A stretch of DNA of 63,529 nt, the filler included, from Saprolegnia diclina VS20 (lineage: Eukaryota): the NCBI RefSeq assembly GCF_000281045.1. It is 6 parts of 4 records of this genome, joined end to end, with 100 filler letters (N's around TTAATTAATTAA, not from the genome) between each part and the next. Parts side by side here need not be neighbours in the genome. Positions count along the whole stretch, not along the records: positions 56,739 to 58,269 come from NW_008246090.1; positions 58,370 to 59,656 come from NW_008246090.1; positions 59,757 to 62,161 come from NW_008246090.1; positions 62,262 to 63,529 come from NW_008246091.1; 2 more parts are not named here. One strand, given 5' to 3'. Shown here in pieces: positions 56,739 to 63,529 of the stretch. Within the stretch, counting starts at the first letter, position 1. Every line of letters begins with the position of its first letter. A program made the position numbers and the translations under genes. Under the pieces are notes generated by a model. It saw nothing but the letters and a program-made list of their open reading frames with translations. It made no database searches and was not told the origin of the DNA.

Positions 56739-58269
56739 GCAGCTCGAGCACGTGGTCGCGATGCTGCATGACCTCTCGTGTCTCTCGGTGCGCCATCTCT
56801 TTGGCCACGCCGAGTACTTGAAGGCAGCGTACATGATGTGTCTCGACCACCTCGAGATGCGTGTCGAGACGCCGTTGCTCGAGGACCCGGCCTCGTTTCT
56901 GGCAACCTTTTTGCGGCTCGAGCGCCAAGTCTACCCGCCGCACGTGTCGCCAGGCGATCGCCACACGTGGTTTGCGTATCGCTTGCCGCGCGTCGCCTCG
57001 ATGCTTATCGAGTCGTTTCAAGTCCGCCCGAATGCGCTCGTCGGCATCCTCTTGTCCAAGCCAGCGCTATCGCCCGTGCACGTGCTTGTGCCGGTGCTGG
57101 CGTCGCTCGACTTTCGACCGACCAAGCTGCTGCTCGCCGTCCACACCATATATGACCGCAGACCCGTGTCCCATGCACGCTGCCCTCTTTCGGTGCTGCG
57201 ACCTCGATGCTTTGGATGCGACGCGACTGCGCCGCGACGACGTCCGCGCGCTCATGTCGATCCGCGCCTCGGGCGAGTACTTTGTGGTGCTGGTGCAGGT
57301 CGTTGTCGATGCGGATGGATGTCGCATCGTCAAGACAAGTCGTTTTGATCGGCGTTGCACCTTGCCGCAGCGCTTTTTGGACCGGCTCGTGGGCCAGACC
57401 GTCGACGTGTGGTTCGCACTAGACCCGAATGCGCCGACAGCCGCGTTCCAAGCGCTCGTGTGGCCGGCCACGCGCAGCGTCGTGCTTCTCGGATGCGACG
57501 CGGCGCTGCGCGGGCTCGAGACCAATGGCGAAGACCAAGACGTTTTGCTCTACTTTTACCCGTCGCGCTCAACGCAGAAGCAGCAGAAGAAGAAGCAGAA
57601 AACGACAGCGGGCTTGCACGACCCCGCACATGCCATTGTCACGTGCTTTCGCCACACGGACGCGCGACTCGTCGCACGTCTGCTGCGCGTCGTCGCCAAG
57701 CTGGACGCAAAGCGCCTCTTTGCCACGCTCTTGCGCGACCACATCGCCGTGTTGGACGCCGACGCGCTCTCGTATGCGGTCCAGACCTTGGGTCCTGTCG
57801 ACGCGCTCCCGGGCCTCTTGGCACTCGTCCTGCGCGCAGCCAAGGTGGTCCCGAGCCTCTTGAGTGGCGTCGTCGCTTGGACGTCGCAGCTTCAAGACGA
57901 GTACTTGGCCAAGCCACTGACGACGCTCTGCCTCGCTGTCTTGTACGATGTGCGCGACAACGTAATCGACTTTCCACCCGCCGTGGCCATCCCGCTACTG
58001 ACGGCCGCCATGGCTCCCGCCATGGCTCTTGGACCCGCGTCCGAGTTGGCGCCGAGCTTGGGTTGGTTTTATAACGACGTGTCGCCTACCGTGTACGCGC
58101 TCGTCGACACGTTCCAGCGTGCCAACGCGGATCTCGTCAGCTTCGCGACGCAAAGCACCGTCTTTGGATCACTCGACGTCCTTGTGCCAACGCTGCTCCA
58201 TACCGCAGACGTTTCCGACGCGCGCTGTCGTCTGCAAGCACATCTCGCGACGTGCGTCCCTGTCGTGCT
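56739..58269 (+). CDS. Internal fragment of a large helical hypothetical protein
   Basis: Coding-biased ORFs 56752- and 56861- fill the contig, with a frame switch near 57150; open at both gaps. Confidence 0.5.
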
Positions 58270-58369
58270 NNNNNNNNNNNNNNNNNNNNNNNNNNNNNNN
58301 NNNNNNNNNNNNNTTAATTAATTAANNNNNNNNNNNNNNNNNNNNNNNNNNNNNNNNNNNNNNNNNNNN
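58270..58369. other. Assembly gap with synthetic spacer
   Basis: N run containing TTAATTAATTAA. Confidence 0.98.
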
Positions 58370-58988
58370 CTGCAGTGTCTTGCCCCAGAGCCAACCGAGC
58401 GTCCGACAGCATACGAGCTCTCGACCATCGTCCGGCGCAACACAGTCGTGACCATGTAGCGACGCTGGTGACGATCGGCGACGCAATCTTTCAAATTGGA
58501 GAATTAACGTAATTTATGCGATTTATACGAGAAAAAGACGGGATTTCTGTGTCCCAAGATGCATCTGGTGCTCGGCGGTCATGTCCAGGAACGAACGAAC
58601 AAAGATGCAAGCGAGGGACCGCTGACTGTTGATTCGCGTACAGTAGTCCTGACCATGAGCACAGTGAGTAGCATCACTGTCGCGTTCCTGCAGCCACTTT
58701 TTTTCGATATTTTCGATATTTCGGCAAAGCTATGGTCACCGCCAACGACGCCAAGACAGCGGCAGCGAGGTAGAGCGTAGAGGACGCTGTCCAGTATGAC
58801 GGCGCGAGCCACTGCAGCGATCCTTGCAGCGATGCGCAGTGTAGGACTTGCGCAAGATGAGGTGGCGGTGTTGTGACATTTGGCGGTGGCTTTGGCCTGT
58901 TTATGGTCGGATTCAACCCTCTTTTTGTCACACTATGGGTGTCGGACTCGTCAAGACAGTTTTGAGATTGCCATTCCACCACAGCACC

Positions 58989-59656
58989 ATGGTCACGGTC
59001 TCGTGCGCGTCCAACCTCGTGCTCTGCACGTCCTCGGACGGCAGCGTCTCGGACTGCTACAACCCGAATCACTTTGGCTGCTGCGCCGGGCGTACCTACT
59101 CGGTTAGCCTCAGCGGCCCGCGCCAGTACTGCTGCGTCGACCCCAAAACGTACGTCCAGACCGTCGCCGACGCGTGCCCGTCAACCGCACCCGTGGCAAC
59201 GCTGCCGGGCTCGGCCACGCCGCTGCCGTCGACGAATGTATCGGCCGCAGCGTCCGGTGACAGCCCGACTTTATCGCCCAACGAGACGAGCGCGCCGCCA
59301 AAGGGCGCCCTCACGGGCAACGTAAGCTTTACGATCTCCAAGCAGGCGATTGCAGGTATCGCCGTCGGCAGCGTCGTCGTCGTTGCCATCATCCTCTATC
59401 TTCTGTGCCGGAAGCGGCGGAAGCAGCCCCGCGCCTCGTCCGGGTCGGTCGACCTCGCTCGGCCCATCAATTCGACCACCGCCCACACGTCCAACGGTAC
59501 CGACCTCGGGTTGGACCTCACCGCACTCACGCGCTGGCGCATCGAGCAACAAGAGCTCGTTGGCAGCCGGACACTCGCCTCGGGCGCCTATGGCGAAGTG
59601 AGCCTCGGGTCGTTCCGCGGTACGACGGTCGCCATCAAGTCGTCGCTGCGCAAGAA
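58989..59656 (+). CDS. Receptor-like TKL kinase, 5' part
   Basis: Cys-rich ectodomain, S/T/P stalk, TM (IAGIAVGSVVVVAIILYLLC-RKRRK), kinase start LASGAYGEVSLGSFRGTTVAIK; start codon uncertain. Confidence 0.8.
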
Positions 59657-59756
59657 NNNNNNNNNNNNNNNNNNNNNNNNNNNNNNNNNNNNNNNNNNNN
59701 TTAATTAATTAANNNNNNNNNNNNNNNNNNNNNNNNNNNNNNNNNNNNNNNNNNNN
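59657..59756. other. Assembly gap with synthetic spacer
   Basis: N run containing TTAATTAATTAA. Confidence 0.98.
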
Positions 59757-60166
59757 GGCCGCGATAAGACTCTGATTGGGACGCCAGCGTGGGCGGCGCC
59801 CGAGATCTTGCGTGGTGAGCCCAACTACTCGGAAAAGGTGGACGTCTACAGCTTTGCTATGCGTACGTTCCTTGATCAACGACGACGTTCATGACTCATG
59901 ATGCTCTTCAATTAGTCATGGTGGAGACGATGAACCGCGTCGCGCCGTACGCGGAGCAAGCACACAAGCCGCCGAAAGAGCTCCTAAACGAAATCGCGAC
60001 GCGCAGCTACCGGCCCCGTATTCTGGACCGCAAACCGTGGCCGCGGACTGTATTGCACCTTCTTGAAGAGTGTTCGTTCAACGACGCGAGTGCCCGCCCA
60101 GCATTTTCTGCGATTGTACCCCGCTTGGAAGCGATCGTGGCCGCTTTAGCGCAGACACCCAAGTGA
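59757..60166 (+). CDS. TKL kinase, 3' part (probably the same gene as 58989-59656)
   Basis: [25 protein letters not shown], intron, then [13 protein letters not shown]. Confidence 0.75.
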
Positions 60167-60407
60167 CAACACAAGCCCTTTGCACACGGCCATTTCAGCG
60201 AGCGTCTTGGTTCAACGTCGTCAACGTCGTTGAACCAAAACATTTTGAAGGCCTGTGCGAAGGCGCTCTGTCAATATATGCTTATGACTATCGTTCAAGG
60301 GTTTATTTGCAGCATTACCAAGCTTCCAACATAAATGAGTGGCCTATGATACACAGCTAGCACACACTAGTAATGCGATTGGATTGGTAAAAATTGTGTT
60401 GGGCTAG

Positions 60408-62040
60408 CTATTGGACCCAAGGTGACGCACGTCGACCTTGGTGGATGACATGTGCGCCAAACACGTCGCCTTGTATCGTACCGACTGCGGCGGGCTCCAT
60501 CGCAGGGACAACTGGGAGGTCAGTGAAAAAGAGCAGAGTCAAGCATACACGTCGCTGGGGCTGTCCCACTGAGGTACACAAAACATGGCAGTCGGCGCTC
60601 TTCTGACTCATGCACAAGTAATTGCGGTACATTGGGTATTGGTGAGCGAGCACATGGAACGTGCCGCCGTCGACAAAGCTGCTCGTGGACGTCGTGGGGG
60701 CCACGCGACGCCGTCGGCAGAGTGATGTGGTGGCCAAGGCTAGAATGCATCGTTTCTTGAGATCCTGCGTCACTGCGAGCGTAGCCGTTGTCGATAACGA
60801 CCGGACATTGCGCGGCGGGCGAAGCAGCGGGTACGCAATGCCGACGGCGATGGGAAGCAGGGCAATCGTCGAAATGTAAATGACGCACATGAACGCCGTC
60901 TCGATCGTGTTGTTGGGGACGCGAACGATACCCGTCCCCGCCCAAAAATACAAGTCAATGCACACCATCGTGCGCGACTGGAGATACGTCAACGGCCCCG
61001 CGAGCACCGACACAGCAAGTGCTGTGGTTGTTGTATCGAGGGCGGCAAAGCGCACAGTCTTAACTTTCTTGAGGAGGGCAGAAGCGACGCCAAGGCCAGC
61101 GTATGCAAACCAAAGCGTTCGCGAGAGGTACAATGTCGCAAGGCCAAAAACGACGAGATCATTGACTTGACACACGCGCACCATGCAGCGACTGAGGTAG
61201 TCGACACTGCTCACAGTATCCAATAGGAACGCGGCAGCCACGAGCGGGTTGACAAGAATGATACTGGTGGGGTCACCGAGAATGATTTCAAATGATGTCG
61301 CGCCGTTCTGAAGGCCATAATCCAACAGGTTGCGCTTCAAGTGGAGATACGCACGGTAGTACCGGACCCACATGAGCCACAGAATGTAGAGTGTGACCAA
61401 GACGCGCCCACCAAACTTGGTTGCTCCGTATATGGGCGAAAACAGGGGCAACTGCGACGAGACGTAGATGTCAACGGAGGACGCGGACGCGTTGATCGAC
61501 CACAACGTCGTATACGCCATGGGGAATCCGAGAAAGACGGACACAAAAACGCCGGAAAAAGCGTTGTCAGGAAGCCTGCCAGCGCCGAGAGCGAGGGCAT
61601 CCCGGCGGAGATCAATCGAGTAATACTGCGACACCGGCATTTGCACCAGAAATGATGTCGTATCGCCTTGGTTGAGGCTCACGGCGGTGCGCGTGATATC
61701 GTATCCAGGCCCGAACGTAACCGAGCGGCCCGGGAGGATGCGCTGACTGTAGTTGTACCCGAACGCCAAAAGAGCATTTGTGCACGCTGTTTGATTCACC
61801 CCACAGTCGGTGATCCAGTCGTGGCGGTTTTCAAGTGCCCACGGCAGTGGCTCCGAGATGTACGCCTTCAGTGGCCTACATAGAGTCAAGTCAAGCGCGC
61901 CTCGCATGCACGACATGATTGGTGTACATCACAGCGGCGTTTAGACCAAAGAGCAAGCTCGTCGCGATCGATCGTTTATTGAAGCGCACAGTTCGACGCG
62001 ACCCGGCGGCCGGCTGGACGACCACCGACGCTGGCCGCAT
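60408..62040 (-). CDS. Oomycete-specific multipass membrane protein
   Basis: Short first exon spliced to PLKAYISEPLPW; YYRAYLHL..NL, GDPTSIIL.NP, YLSRTLWFAY, GGTFH; many TM segments. Confidence 0.7.
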
Positions 62041-62161
62041 AAAGTCTATTGATAGAAAGTGGTGACTTTGCGGAGTGATGACGGTTATCTGTTTTGACTG
62101 CGCTGGCAGAAAGTAATCCCAACCACAGAAGCCAGGCAACAGCGAGCGGATATGGTGGGAT

Positions 62162-62261
62162 NNNNNNNNNNNNNNNNNNNNNNNNNNNNNNNNNNNNNNN
62201 NNNNNTTAATTAATTAANNNNNNNNNNNNNNNNNNNNNNNNNNNNNNNNNNNNNNNNNNNN
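62162..62261. other. Assembly gap with synthetic spacer
   Basis: N run containing TTAATTAATTAA. Confidence 0.98.
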
Positions 62262-62567
62262 TTGTCGTCAGAAGGTCGCGCTTGGCTGGCAATGGTCTCT
62301 GGTGCAACTCCGCATATGAGTACACATGATGAAGCTCTCTACTGGCGGTCGTTTGGTCTCACTTCGTATGAGACACAGTGGCAAAACTACAAGAAGCTCG
62401 GGGTGCGCAACAGCTACTCGATCATCAACGCATTTGGCATTGCGTATCCGCTCACTCTAGTGTCCCAAGCGGGTTCATACCGTCGCGGTAGTCAGACAAC
62501 ATACGAAATGTACTGGTCGCTGGCCAACGATCTCTCGGCGGTCGCCATGAAGTGTGCAAATAAATAA
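62262..62567 (+). pseudogene. Truncated fragment of a large Saprolegniales membrane-protein family
   Basis: DEALYWRSFGLTSYETQWQNYKKLG..YSIINAFG..YPLTL..MYWSLANDL is an internal family segment, ending abruptly at TAA next to the tRNA. Confidence 0.5.
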
Positions 62568-62578
62568 TGCCAAAAATA

Positions 62579-62649
62579 TGCGCCATCCGGGAATCGAACC
62601 CGGGGCATCTCGATGGCAACGAGATATTTTACCACTAAACCAATAGCGC
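62579..62649 (-). tRNA. tRNA-Gly (anticodon GCC)
   Basis: Reverse complement GCGCTATTGGTTTAGTGGTAAAATATCTCGTTGCCATCGAGATGCCCCGGGTTCGATTCCCGGATGGCGCA folds to a full cloverleaf; TTTTT terminator downstream. Confidence 0.95.
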
Positions 62650-63089
62650 ATTCCTGACACAGGTTAACAAGAATTTTATATATATACATCGCAAAATCAC
62701 GGATGCGTTGGAGTAAACTCTGCTCTATGGGACCTTGGGTTAGCCTGCAGATGTGGGACACTAGGCTTGAACCTACCGAACGTCAACATTCCTTGGCTGG
62801 GAGGCGGTCGAAAGCTATGCGTTTTTGAATCTTGAGTCGTACCAGAGAAGCCTGTAGTCGTACGTAGAGCAGAATGTTGCTTTGACTGCAGTCAGTGGAG
62901 CTGTCAGTGGATGTAGCTTAGCGGTCACCTTTCCGTCTTGTTGTGTTGGCCACAAACCGGTGTGCAATGAGCACGTCCTCGCTCTGTTGCGTTTGCGTCT
63001 TTTCTTGCAGGAGCGACCGCAAGAGGGGTGGTTTTGAAACTAGACATAAATAGGAATTTGCAGACAGCTCGTCAGGCTTGGCCAGGGAA

Positions 63090-63529
63090 ATGCTCGTTGG
63101 ACCAAGTGCTGCGGCACCATCGCAGACGCTCGTACCAACCACCGCCAGTGGCTGAACGACGCGGCAAACATGGCTGGTCTATACAAGTGTCATCTACCTC
63201 GTTCTTTCGCTCGGTATCGGTCTCTGGTACCTCTCGCTCCTCTCGCCAAGCCTGGGCAATGACCTCTGGTGGGCCGGCTTGACGCCCACGGGTGGCGAAG
63301 CCTTGCTCATCGACCTCATCAACGCCCAGTTGGCACTCACCGCGACGTCGGCCCTCAGTATCTACGCCGCCGATGCGAATATGAATAAACTCTACAAATG
63401 CGCCTACGGCCGCCACAAGCATGTCGCCGACCACCTCTCGCCACATCATCTTCACCGAGCTCACGACCATCGAGTACGCCGTGCCGCAGCTACGGACGCT
63501 CAGCGCCGCGTGGTCGATGCGCATGAATA
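63090..63529 (+). pseudogene. Disrupted 5' part of the same membrane-protein family
   Basis: ATG at 63090, in-frame TGA at 63153, then WYLSLLSPSLGNDLWWAG..LLIDLIN; +1 frameshift at 63396-63398 before ELTTIEYAVPQLRTLSAAWSMRMN. Confidence 0.6.

Noticed and set aside
63153..63155. In-frame TGA as selenocysteine or readthrough
   Set aside because: A frameshift follows in the same gene and the position is in a non-conserved leader, so pseudogenisation is simpler.
1..63529. CRISPR arrays, operons or prokaryotic defence systems
   Set aside because: The sequence is intron-rich eukaryotic DNA with no repeat-spacer arrays or bacterial gene organisation.

Overview
Eukaryotic, gene-dense DNA with many very short (~40-50 nt) GT-AG introns and GC-rich coding sequence. 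The gene families point to an oomycete, probably Saprolegniales (inference). The window is a pseudo-scaffold: five 100-nt N gaps each carry an artificial TTAATTAATTAA spacer, so synteny across gaps is unproven. Recognisable genes are SIN3, PP2C, NFU1, CSN9/COPS9, SEC22, a TAF12-like histone fold, WDR27, TTC29, CASP/COY1, a tetraspanin-like protein, a mastigoneme-type EGF protein, a TKL kinase, two tRNAs (Ile-AAU, Gly-GCC) and three local paralogue pairs (alkaline ceramidases, GH20 hexosaminidases, GSK3 kinases). The most unusual items are: (1) an intronless gene that appears to fuse a divergent histone H4-like fold to a partial H3-like fold, with a KEN box; (2) a copine-type C2-C2 protein whose vWA domain is replaced by two VHL beta domains; (3) an RS-domain/AlkB-like dioxygenase/CCCH protein; (4) a small four-exon RRM gene, probably mitochondrial, hidden between the two GSK3 genes. 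All family calls come from motif recognition by eye, not from database searches.
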